Source: Minutocellus sp. GHC0000111
Taxonomy: Eukaryota
Assembly (NCBI GenBank): GCA_977018835.1
Contig: OZ361261.1
Span: forward strand, 1,116,001-1,180,000
Direction: 5' to 3'
Length of the DNA stretch: 64,000 nt
The notes under the pieces were generated by a model. It searched no databases, had not been told where the DNA came from, and was given only the letters and a program-made list of their open reading frames with translations. This document shows positions 48,737-60,487 of this stretch, in pieces; the stretch's first letter is position 1; every line of letters begins with the position of its first letter. The position numbers and the translations under genes are program-made.

Positions 48737-48989
48737 TACCGGTAATGCGGTGTAATGAAACACAATTCGTAACCTCTAACTGTTACGCTAGATCTAGCCT
48801 CGTCTATGTGTGCCGCCGGTATATATATGTACAAAATATATTCATTGATCTCAATTTCCATCCCTTGGCGCAGTGAGGTGTGAAAGGTGCGGATGGATGA
48901 TCAAATGAGAGGGTGACGATTGTGTTGTTCTTGTGGTTGATTGACTTCATTGATGACGACAAGCAAACATCATCTGGTGACAATGACAT

Positions 48990-50567
48990 CTACGAGCTGT
49001 TGTGAAGGGCCTGAACGGCGGCGTTGAAAATCCCTCGCTCTGATTCTGGCCGGCCAGGAAGAGAAGGTGCGGGGAGATGACCTCCCGCCACCATGGCCGC
49101 CGTGGCCGTCTGTGGCCTTGGCATTGCGGTGGCAGCGGCGCGTGCGGCGATGGCTGCCCTCACCGCTTGGGGGGTGAAGAAGGACAGTCCAGGAAGCGCT
49201 TGGGGCATTGTAGCAGTAGAGGCAGCAGGAGCTGAAGCGGGTTCCAACGATACGCGACGGAAGGTGCCGTTGGCATCGTTGAGGGCCATGTAGCATGCTT
49301 GCTCCAAAGAGGGCTGCATGGACGAGGAGGCCAACATGGTACCACCGACCCCGAGGGCGTTGGCACGGTAAAAGTTGGTGTTGGTAACGGCAGAGGGTAG
49401 GAAGGATGTTCCCATCGGAGCAGCAGAGGGGAGCGGCTGATGAGCACTTCCAACGACAACTCCCTTGAGCTTGGCCTCCTCTTGGAGGATTTCCCACTCC
49501 ACCTCGAGCTGCTGCCTTCGGGCAAGAAGCTTGGCGACCACCTCTTCCTGGGGGTTGGTTGTTTGGATGCTACCATTCGACGATAGCGGCATTGCGACCG
49601 ATGGAACCTGAGAGGCATCGGAAGCCGGCGGGGTCATTCTTGGCGACACCGCATTGACTTGAAGAGGAGAGACACTGGTCGGGACGACAGCTCTGGCCTG
49701 CGCTTGGATGAAGGCGTTGGGCATTGTCATGGCTCCTCCGGCAGCAGCAGTGGTGGAGGGGATGCCGGTAGAAGTGGCGCTGCTTACGTTGCTGTTGCTG
49801 GGCACCAACCGAACGAACTTGGGGTGGGCGAAGATCTGCTGCTTGGAGCGGCGGATGGCCTTGGAGGTGACACGGGAGAATCCCCATCGGAACAACTTCC
49901 GCACGAAGGACGGGAATTTTGTCCTTTTGAAGAAGAGGGGGAGGATCTGCTCGCAGAAGAGCGTCTTGTCGAGAATGACAATGGACTTGCCATCGGCGCT
50001 CCACGAGGCGGCGCGCTGGTGTGTGGGCTTCTTGCAGCCCTCGGCGGTGGCGTAGTCCATCATCAGGCGGAGAATGTCAGGGAAGCGTCCATAGGCCTGA
50101 TCGTCGGTAGGGTCATTTTCAGATAGATTTGGACCCTCGGCGAGATCGGACTGTTGTTGAGCGGGCATGACTGAAAATGAAGATGAAGAGGACATGCCAG
50201 AACTTGTCGTTGCGGTATTGATCGGATCAATCTCGGAGGTTGTGGAAGAGGAAGAGGAGGGCACGACGAAATTTGAGGCCGGTGCCGACAAGGCCTGTTC
50301 TTGTGTGGCGTGCGCAGTTTTGTGCGACGTCGGTTTGCTGGCACTACTAGAAGTTGTACTGGCATCGGTGCCGGAAACCTTCCGGCTCAACGAAGTCAGG
50401 GCCTGGGCAACACCGAACAAGTCTTCGCCTTGGAAATTTGCCTTTGTGGTGGAAGCGTCCGAATGGACGGTACCGTCACCGGAGTTGATGATAGTGGCCG
50501 TTGCTTTCCCGCAGGCCGAGTCTACGGGACAGTTGGACGTGGAGTTTTGTGCTGAGGCGGCATTCAT
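48990..50567 (-). CDS. HSF-type transcription factor
   Basis: FPDIL..ASWSADGKS..LPLFFKRTKFPSFVRKLFRWGF..FAHPKF. Confidence 0.9.
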   Translation of the reverse strand: MNAASAQNSTSNCPVDSACGKATATIINSGDGTVHSDASTTKANFQGEDLFGVAQALTSLSRKVSGTDASTTSSSASKPTSHKTAHATQEQALSAPASNFVVPSSSSSTTSEIDPINTATTSSGMSSSSSFSVMPAQQQSDLAEGPNLSENDPTDDQAYGRFPDILRLMMDYATAEGCKKPTHQRAASWSADGKSIVILDKTLFCEQILPLFFKRTKFPSFVRKLFRWGFSRVTSKAIRRSKQQIFAHPKFVRLVPSNSNVSSATSTGIPSTTAAAGGAMTMPNAFIQAQARAVVPTSVSPLQVNAVSPRMTPPASDASQVPSVAMPLSSNGSIQTTNPQEEVVAKLLARRQQLEVEWEILQEEAKLKGVVVGSAHQPLPSAAPMGTSFLPSAVTNTNFYRANALGVGGTMLASSSMQPSLEQACYMALNDANGTFRRVSLEPASAPAASTATMPQALPGLSFFTPQAVRAAIAARAAATAMPRPQTATAAMVAGGHLPAPSLPGRPESERGIFNAAVQALHNSS

Positions 50568-52242
50568 GATGAAGTCAATTTTGATGCCAGAGCGGAGTGC
50601 TTGGTAAAATAATTTGCGAGCGGAGGGAAAGATGCGATGCTAATACCAAGCGAGAGTAATTGCTGAGGAGATTATGCGTGCAACGCACGTTATGGAACTT
50701 GGCCTTTTATCCACCGCTTGCTTGTGTGTTTGCGAAATGTGCAGTCAATCGCCTGCCAGGTCAGCGGAAAGATGCGCAGGTCATTTATGAGAGAACTGGC
50801 CGCACCAGAGGGCAGAAGTCAGAAACCAGACGACGTCGATTTTTCATGGTTTGTCGATGTCACACAGACATGCTTTGTCCTATTTCTGAGGCCTTTATCT
50901 GCCTAAGATTCTCCGACGACGCGCAAAAAACGAAAAGGAGGAAGATCTGTTGTACATGTAATCGCGTTTGCCAGTCCCAGTTTCGTTATTGCACCCAATA
51001 GATCTACATATATGCAAGAACATCCTACATGGTGGTGGTGGTGGTGGTGGTGTCGTCCCGCTAGATCTAAAATGCATACATGTAGCTTAAATCTATCTAT
51101 CATACCGGTAATGGAAAAGTTAGAACCAAATCCATTTGGATAGGTAGCCGCATTTGCATCAGTAAGAACGAATATCAATAACATCAACAAAATCACAATT
51201 GTAAACATTGTAGGATAAGATTGAGTGGGGGTGAGGTGAGGGTCTGTACGTGTAGATCTTCTCGAGGTCACGGTCTCTCCAAGCGTTGGGATTATTGGCC
51301 GGTGCAAAGCCTTCGAAGGTAGCTGCCAGATTAAGTCTTGCGATTGATTTGTTGGCCGGTCGATTCCATGTAGACCGATCGGGCTCAGTGTCATGTATTC
51401 GGTGTATCTTATTTTGGGAATGGATGCAGAAATTCAAGTCATGCCGCCGTTTGTCAGATCCGAAGAGTTGCTTCGGCTTTTGAAACTCGCCAGTCAGCTA
51501 CCACATGTTATTTTACCGGTAAAGTAAAGTCTACGTGACTAAACGTTCATCAAAATGTCATCTTGAGAGCAAGTTCAATAGAGTCAAGGCAATTCACCGT
51601 ACAAATTTCGTCTTTCTTATTCGTAGTGATATTCAGGGCCGCTCCTGTGACCTCGGAATTGCTCGTACATGTAGTACCGGTACCCGTGTTCCCTACATGT
51701 ACTCGAATGACTGTAGAGCTCTGTACCGGTAGGAATTCCTTGGAAAGGGCTGTATCGACGGCACCTACGTACAACGTCAAGCAAGATCATGGAGGGATCC
51801 CTAGCAAATTGCCATGCATGTAAACGTGGATCTTGCAATCTATGTCCCAACGGATTTTTGCTGGCCAAGATCGCACATTTTTTGGATTGCCACGCAGCTG
51901 TGATATCAAAAATATGCGTTGGAGGATCTAGATCTACTCTAGACAAGTTGGCTAGTTAGTACGTAAGAACTGACTCAATACTTTTTAATAAACCCTTCAA
52001 CACATACGTTTATTCATCCTTTATGGTGCATTGAACACCTTCCAACTTTCATTCGTTCTTCTTCAATTTGTTGTGTACATGGGTGATGTTGCGAATATGT
52101 AAATCAAATATTATATCAAAATAAAACACAGTTTGTTGTTGGACTTCCGGCCCCGCCGCATCTTTTACATGGATTTCATTCTTCTCTTGGGCCACCAAAA
52201 TCAAGTCCCTGGCTTAATTACAGACAGTTTGGATAATGTAAG

Positions 52243-54172
52243 TTACTGGACATTACCAAAGCCGCCAGCCTGCTGCTGCTGCTGCTGCTGCAGATCCGTA
52301 GCAGGCATCATCCCGGTATGAGGGGCAATCATGCTATTCAGGCCAGTATTTGGGAGAGATCCCATCATGGTCGTCTTCGTGGCATCCGTGCTGGGCAGGC
52401 TAACTAGACCTTGGTAGGTACCAGCAACGTTGACTTCACTGGAGGCAACTTGCTGCTGAGAGGTAATATCTTGAGGAAGAAGCATCGCATACTTCTGATG
52501 TGCCGTACGGAGACGTTCCGCAAGTGTAGTGCGCGAAAAGCTCTGCTGCTGCTGCTGCTGCTGCAATGAAGATTGGGCTACGGCCTGCTGGCCCTGATTA
52601 AACATCAATTCCTGCTGAAAGTTCTGCAACTGATCCAGATGAGGGAGGGAAGATCCAGGAGCTGTAGGGGGTGTGGTGGAAGGCATGGAGGCTGAGGACG
52701 CTGCAGCACTACCAAAGGAATCCTCGCGCTGCTGCTCGGCGTTGGCTGCCGCAAGCGGGTTGCCGTGGTATCCAGTGCCTGCTGCAGAATTCGAATCCTC
52801 TCCTCGGAGGGGAGCTGATTCCATCCCGGAGCCTTGGTGGGGTCGAGGCTGTCGAGGATATCCTCTTGGGCCTTGCGCTTCATACCAGCGCTGACGGCGG
52901 CGACGCCACTATTGGGACTGATCGTTCCGCTGCCAGCGGCCATGCCGGCGCCACCATCGGGGGTATTCGTTCCAGCAGTGACGGTAGCCGGCATCATCAT
53001 AGCGGCATTGTTGTGCATCATACTCATAGCCATGCCAGGCGGAAATGCCATTCCCATACCAGCCATTGCCGCCATGCCCGGCATATTCACCATACCCGAT
53101 CCGTCCATCGGTGGAAGAGCAGAAAAGTTGTTGAAACCACCCATTCCAAGTCCATGGGGGAAAGCCATGGTAGGGTTGGCATTATTGGCAGTGGCGTTGT
53201 TCAACTTGTGCTTCTTGTTGGTGGTGCTCCTCATGTTGGCCATCAGGTACTTGTGATCGCGGTGGAAGTTGTCGTTCGAGAATATCATGGGATCGGTCGG
53301 GCTCGTCGAGCCGCGGTTGATCTGGCGGAACCCCCAGCGGTAGAGCTTGCGGGTGAACGATGCAAACTTGGTAGCCTTGAAGAAGCGCGGCACAACGTCC
53401 TTAGTGAAGGCATCGGGATCCTGCACGACAAAGGCCGATCCGCCGTGCGTCCATGCGACGCAAAAACTGGGATCCGTGGCGCACTGGGCCTCGGCATAGG
53501 TCATCATGTGCATGAGCTGCGAGGGGGAGGAGTGGTTGATGGACAAGCAGGTGGAAAGGTGAGAAAACCTGGATGGCGTTTGACATCTGACACGAGGGCA
53601 CAAATCCGAGAGAGGCGGTTGCACTTTTGTCCAAAATCACGAAAAAAAATCGATGTCTGCGAAGAAAAGGCCTTGCCTTCTGGCGCTAACATTTATGCCG
53701 ACTGCAACACGTGGCGCCGAAGGCGTCCGAAAAGCCAGCTGTTTGTTCTCTGTCATGATAAATGCGATACTCGAACTTTGTGCTTTTTTGCCGACGTTGC
53801 TTCCTCGCCTCATTTGGAAGCAACGGAGGGCCACGGAGCCCAAGGGGGAAACGTACTAACCTTTTCGGGAAAAGTGAGAGCGGCATTGGGCTTCTTGTAG
53901 CTGGGAAGGTGCCGCTCCGTTGGAATGGGGAGCATTGGGGCCGTCAGTGCGGGGGTGTCCTTCTTGGCGGCATCGGTTGGCTTGTTGGGGCTGGGAACGG
54001 GCATATGTTTTCCCTCGGGTGTAGGGTGTTCGGGTTGCTCGCTGCGCGTATGCTGGGGCTGTGGCGCACCCTCCTCTGCGGCGGCCGGCGACAATGGCTG
54101 GCCGATCGCCATGGGCTGGTCCTCACTCTTCTTGTCGGCGGCCAGGAGGAGAGTATCAATGGCGTCCGTCAT
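52243..54172 (-). CDS. HSF-type transcription factor; intron ~53519-53859, probable frameshift near 52724
   Basis: LTFPEK|LMHMM..VAWTHGGSAF..KFASFTRKLYRWGFRQ; Gln-rich tail lies in another frame. Confidence 0.85.
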
Positions 54173-54757
54173 GGTGATACCTCTTTTGGGTTGTGTGGAT
54201 AAAGAGAGGAGGCGAGTGATAAAATGGAAATATCAAAAATCATCACGCACGCAGCAGCGCAGTCTCATGGCGCATGGGCGCGGGCGGCAGCAAAACTCAC
54301 AAAAATCGAAAGCTAAAGAAAATAAAACGGCGATGTCATATTTGATAAATTTTAGGGAAAATAGGGGTGTTTGTGGGAGAAATTCGCCTTCGCTCCGTGC
54401 TTTGTTCTTTCGGTCTCTCGGGCACCTCTCTCGATCTCCCGACCAACCCAGCGACCAGCAAGCACTTACTTATTGCCATTTTCCATGTACATTCGACGAT
54501 AGTCGGCAGTCCACTGGAAGAAATAAGGGGATTTCATTCATCATCTTTTGACGGTCTGCCACCCTTTCTGTCGGGAATCACCATCCATCCGAGTGCGAAA
54601 TCGCTGTTTCGATCTCGACCGAAGAAAGATTTATTGGCTCTGTGTTGGCATCTATCTGCAAGTCCGTACGGTACTTCTCTAGTAGCTACGTAGTAGTGCA
54701 AGAATATCAAACGGCACTTAGGAATTCCTAGGCGCAAACAAAATAATAAGCAATAGA

Positions 54758-56104
54758 ATGGCCGTCGACGCCGTGTCGCATCTACCACCACCCGAGGAAG
54801 TTGGCCACGACACACCGCTCAAGCCCCGGGATTCGGAAACTGTACTCACCATGTCCAGTGATGAAGAGAACACATCCGGCGTTGCCAATCCAGCGTCGTC
54901 TTTTGCTCTGCCTACCGTCATCGATGAACGAGATGGATACGACGAGGAGTCGTCCTCTCTGGAACTTCGAAAGGATAGGACCGTGTACAGTCGCACGGTC
55001 ACGATCACACCGCCAAAGCCGGAACCCTGGTGGTCTCCCAACAAGGCGACACCAAAGAAAAAGAAGAGCGACGTGAAGAGCAGCAGCAGCAGCAGCCAGG
55101 ACAAGGAAGTCAACAGCCCGAACCCATTCGAGGTGGCTCTGTCGCCATTCAAGGATATGATTGACGCAATTAGCCAGCATGGAGAGAACAAGAAGAAGGA
55201 GGCGGCCAGGACGGAGGCGGAGGTCAAGGAGGAGGCGCGAAAGCGCGTCGAGAGGGTCACCGGCAAGGTATCGGATATTGCCGCCGAAGTTATCTTTATT
55301 CATGGTAGCTGCGCCTCATCGTCTCAGTTTGATCAGCTTCTCGGTGCCATGTGGGAACGCTTCTATGACGATCATGACGGCAGTTCTCCTCCAAACGTTA
55401 CGAAAAAGATCCGCTGCCATCTCTTCGATGCCATTGGATGCGGTTCATCCCCTCACGATCCCAACGATTGGGCGGCATATGGATGGGAAGAGCAGATGAA
55501 AGACATTGAGGAGTACGTCAACATCATCTCTGCCACGTCCACATCTTCAACGCCTATTTATCTCGTGGGACACTCGTACGGATCATCCCAAATTGTACGT
55601 CTCGTGCCTCTCTTACCGGAAGCGATCTCATCGCGCATCAAGGGCATCGTCCTTCTTTCTGGCGCGCTTGCCAATGGACCCAGTGACGTCCCAAAGGATG
55701 ATGATGCGCCCTGCGTGTTTTGTCTACCAGTCTTTATGCTCAAAATCCTCCAGCCCAAAATGAATGATGTTTTTCTTGAGAAGGCCTACCACCCTACGGC
55801 GAAGGAGGAATTGGTGGCTCGGGGGAAAATGATCTGCGAAGGCAACGATATGGCCATCGTCAAGGCATTTTACAAGCAATGGCACTGGGCGACCAAAGAA
55901 GATGCCGCAAAGGTTACTACAAAGGCAGTTGTAGTCCATGGCGCAGAGGATAGGCTTATCATTCCGGATGCCGGAGAGCATCTCAATGACATGCTTCCCA
56001 ACTCCGAATTCAAATCCATTTCCAATGCAAGCCACCAAGTTATGGAGGAAAAATCGAAAGAAGTTGCCGATATCCTCCTTTCCCTTATTGAAACCACCAA
56101 GTGA
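54758..56104 (+). CDS. Alpha/beta hydrolase
   Basis: FIHG oxyanion motif, GHSYG nucleophile elbow, HGAEDRL Asp, ASHQV His. Confidence 0.88.
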   Translation: MAVDAVSHLPPPEEVGHDTPLKPRDSETVLTMSSDEENTSGVANPASSFALPTVIDERDGYDEESSSLELRKDRTVYSRTVTITPPKPEPWWSPNKATPKKKKSDVKSSSSSSQDKEVNSPNPFEVALSPFKDMIDAISQHGENKKKEAARTEAEVKEEARKRVERVTGKVSDIAAEVIFIHGSCASSSQFDQLLGAMWERFYDDHDGSSPPNVTKKIRCHLFDAIGCGSSPHDPNDWAAYGWEEQMKDIEEYVNIISATSTSSTPIYLVGHSYGSSQIVRLVPLLPEAISSRIKGIVLLSGALANGPSDVPKDDDAPCVFCLPVFMLKILQPKMNDVFLEKAYHPTAKEELVARGKMICEGNDMAIVKAFYKQWHWATKEDAAKVTTKAVVVHGAEDRLIIPDAGEHLNDMLPNSEFKSISNASHQVMEEKSKEVADILLSLIETTK

Positions 56105-56487
56105 AGTTGAGAAAGACATGGGCACTCGCATTTGGTGCAAAATATATTTGCTGTACATTCATTATTTTTATGGTATGATTTCTGTTCCTTTCGATAACGC
56201 GATGACATGCCACGACATTGGATTGGCTAGACGGCCGAGCGAACGCAATACACATAAGTGGTTGTGACCTCGACTAGTGATGTGAACACAAGACGATAGG
56301 TTTAATTCGTCGTTTATCATCCAGTTTTGCGAGTCCATTGCATGCACTCCTTCTGTTGTCGGCATTTATTTGTGAAGTGGATAGTTGGCACGATTTGAAT
56401 TTATAAAATAATTTAGGAATTTCTATTTTGATCTGCATTGTGCTTTACTTCAATCTTCTTACTTTCTTTGTACCGTATTATTATGCT

Positions 56488-58663
56488 TTATCGTTTTACT
56501 TCTTTGAGTGCCTCGGCCATGTCTTCCAGAGTTATCAGTAGATCTTCCACCCCGTTCCCTTCTTGACGCGCTCGAGCCAGAGCTATTGAACCTGCACATC
56601 GCACCAATCCAGCACAATCGGCACCAGAGAATCCACCAGTGTGTGCATCCGCCGCCAGGTGCACTATCCGTTGTCCGGAGAGGGATCGTCTGATAGATTT
56701 GCCAAAGGATCGGAGCGATGGTTTTTCGTCTTGGCTACCTTTTCTTACCCCATCAATGGCTTGACATAAAGGCTTGCTTAGTCGACCCCTTCGGCGAAGC
56801 GCCTCCACATGAATTTTCAATATTTCTCGGCGCCCTTCTCTGTCCGGCAGTGGAATCATCACTTGTACCTCCAATCGCCCCGGTCTCAATAAGGCATCGT
56901 CAAGCAACTCGCGTCGGTTGGTCATGCCGATTACTAGAACATTCGGAATAGCGTTGATGCCATCGAGCTTGGCAAGAATTTGATTTACTACACTCGCCCT
57001 AGTAGCCTCGCCCGAGTCTTCCGCGGCGGTTCTCTTCCGAAACACTGCACTACTACATGAAGCATGCTCTTCGAGGCATCACCTCCGACTGCCTTTAGCT
57101 CCATTTCGGCATCCTCAAAGAGCGCTCTGACTAACTTTTCTGACGATCCTACCCATCTGTCAAGTAGCTCGGGTGCTGATACGATTTTTGGTGGCCGAGC
57201 ATGCAGAGCCTTGGCTATTTCTCTTGCTAAAATTGTTTTTCCGCAGCCTACGCAAAGAGAACGACAGATGATTCGACGGTGCATAAAAAGTGCGTCAATA
57301 ACTCAACAAAACAAGAAGAATGAACGACAGAGCGGGTCAACAACATGACATTTCAACAATGAAATATTTCACCTGGGGGACCATGCAAAAGCACTCCTCG
57401 AATAGGATTCAATCCTAGAGCCGCTAATTCTGCTGCCTCAAGTGAACATTCTTCGGCACTGACACCAAGCTCGTTGGCGAGTGTACGCCCCTGGCATGCC
57501 CTTCGCACAATTTCACTCATCTGATCTCGGCAGCCACCAACGGATGAGGACAGTGCGGTCTCCAACACTGTTCCTTGATCCCTTCCAGCGGCGCTATTGG
57601 CATGTTCTGGCCCTTCTCGCAGACTCTCGGGCAAATGATCCTCGGGCAAAGCATCCTCCGTAGTGTTGCTGCTGGTCGATGGCTCAAAGAAATCAAACAG
57701 CGTGTTGGGGTCCCAACCCAAATTCGACAATGCCATTTCTGACTCTGCTTCATCGTCGTGCATGCTCGCCAACATCAAGCCTTTGGGGAGTATGATTGTT
57801 TCCAAAATAGCAGCAGGACCGACATCCATGGCCTCATAGTTTCGTTCTGGCCCTCCATATTGAAGCCAACTTTTCTCGTTATCGTCTCCCTTTGATTGGA
57901 TGACGGTCCGCTCCCCGGCGCGTCTTGGCGTGCCGAACTTGCCGCCGGAAAGGAGCCGAAATCTAGTTGCACCACCAAAAAGCATCTTTCCATAGGCCAT
58001 TGCCCCTGCGGGGGTCCGAATCGGGGCATTGAGGGAAGACCCACTTGGTAGCAATATCAATCGTAAACCTACTCGATCTAGCAGCTCCGATCGGTCCTCA
58101 AGATCGACCCGTTCCAAATCGCTATCACGCACTGTCCCGTTTACGGCATCCCGCAGCTCTTCCGACAGGTCAATCACCATTGATGATGGACAAGCACGCA
58201 TCCAACGCGTCCATCGAGCCGCTTCGTCCCGTCGCTCAAGGGCTTCTGACGTTGAGATGTCATCATTCTCTGCATCTGTAGGATCAGCGTTGGGCGAGGA
58301 CAACACCATCTGGTCAATGCAGGCCTGGAGTTTGAAGGCTGCCTCATCGTCCACCCACGACGTCCAACCCGTAGATGCTCCGTCAAGGCCCTTGATGCGT
58401 TTGAGATCACTCTGCAGGATGCAATTGGAAACAAATTCGCTAAGAGCCAAAAAGGCCGTGATATCCTCCTCACGATCGTCTTGCTCGTCTTGGGCTTCCA
58501 CAACTCCCAGCGGCTGATCGGTTGGTGCGGTGGCGGCGGCAGCAGCTGTTGCGGTTGGCGCCAGAGATGATTCTGACCTCGGAGAGACAAATGCCTGCAC
58601 AGCGCGTGGCCCACCACCAAATGACAAGATGTGCAGGAGGAGTATTACGAGATTGCGTGGCAT
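56488..58663 (-). CDS. NSF/Sec18-like single-AAA ATPase with plastid-type leader; intron ~57249-57371; Walker B missing with frameshift near 57049
   Basis: [50 protein letters not shown]; leader ..VQAFVSP. Confidence 0.82.
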
Positions 58664-60487
58664 CCTCTACCCTTGTCCGCTCCCGTAGGAACCGCAACTT
58701 GATTATGAGGTTGGGGGACTGGGCGAGGACTGACTGGGCGCGCCATGGCGCGGCGACATACTAGGCCTACGTACGTTCGAACGTAGCTAGCTAGAGCTAC
58801 GTAGTAGTAGGCCTACTACTGATCCCAGGGGGGGGGGCTCGAGGAGAAAGGGAAAGACAAGGGAACGGAAGGGAAGGCGTCATGTGTTTTTTGTCTCCCC
58901 CTCTTTTACTACGTGTTGTTAACATAATTGTAAAACCTGCCAGTAAAACAACAGCCAAAAAAGGTAATTTGTGAGACAATTTGTAATAAATATATTTCTT
59001 TTGACGAAACCTTTGTCATTTATGATGCGTCTTTTCTTCGTCAGGTTAGAAAAAAACAACTGTCTGTCGTTCGCATAAGGGTCGGTGAATTAGCATGAAT
59101 TTAAAAAACTGCCAGCAAAACCACAATATTTTTCACTAAATATTGAGACAATTATTGAAAATTATTGCTTTTTAATTAGTTCCTTTGCAAATTCCAGTGA
59201 CGAAGAGGGAGATCTGATCTTTCTTTGTTCAAGGCACCTCTTTGCATGTGTGCTGTCAAGGTGTGGCAAAGTGAATGCTTGCGCACTGCATTGCATCGCT
59301 GCGTTTGAATCGCCAATTTGCATCTTTGCGTGTCGAACAGTGTCGTGTGTTGGCATGCGAGCGCATTTCATCCCGTTTTGTGATGAGGGCGGCGACCACC
59401 AATGACTTTGCACATAGCCATCAAGGCGGTCGCCGACACGGCAATGAAACTTGCACAGCAGGTAGACTAGCTAGATGATTGCGCATTCGTGGGTGCAAGT
59501 GCGGTCGAATTTGGTAAAGAAAGGCATCGAAAGAGCAGCATGTGTGTGTGTTTCGATGCGATCGGGACAACAAGAAAACGCCATTGCTGCTAACACAAAC
59601 GATCAAATCAGTCAGTGATAACAGAGAAATCCGTGCGATGCCGTGTGATGCCAATCAAATGGTGGCTGACGAAACACGCAACAGCAACAGCACCCGAACT
59701 TGCTGCACACCCAAATGAATGTTGCAGCACCTGCCTGTTCGATGAGACTTCGCCAATCGTTCGTCGGGAGCAGGAACACCAAAAGTTGACATCCACCTCC
59801 AGCTCCCGCCAAGATTCCCGAGGATTTCGTATCAGAGCATCAACAATAACATCTCGAATGCATGGCTGCATAGCCAGATGAGATCTCCTCTTCATCTCCC
59901 ACATCGCCTTCTCAGATGCAGGTAGAGCACCATGCGCCTTCATCCATCCCGAAAATCGTGCACCATGCTCTGTGCTGGACAGCACCGAATAGTCCACCTT
60001 TGCCTGCTCCCTGCACTTGGCAATTTCAAAAGACATGGTGCAGCATGCCGCCGGGTCGCCGTTGCAAGATCGTCGATGACAGAACGGAAGGCGGCCGAAT
60101 CAGATGAATCATCGGCACTCGTTGGGAAGCAGCATGCCGGTCCAAGTGCGACGAACGCGTCCATTTGATTAGAGCCGCTGAAATCTAAAGTCTTATCCGA
60201 ATTATTGTTTCACATGAAGATAAATCAAAATTAGAGTAAAAATAGCCATTTTCTAAAATATTTCAGCATGACTATTCTTCGAGGCGCTTTTCAATCCCCT
60301 CGAAAGCAGTCAAAAACTGGGCGCTCGATTTCTCGCGAATCTGACCTTGTAGGCATGGCATTCGTTGCGAATGTGTCTGTCCGTCTCCTCTGTCTCATAT
60401 GCACCTTTGGGCGGATCAGATAGCTACCCACCACTCTGCCTACCGGTAGCCCATCGCAGTTGTCTGCTTCTGCGCTAGGTCGCAATT

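Noticed and set aside
50903..51394. Secreted protein ORF with a poly-His tract
   Set aside because: The His run comes from a (GGT)n microsatellite in palindrome-rich intergenic DNA; no other support
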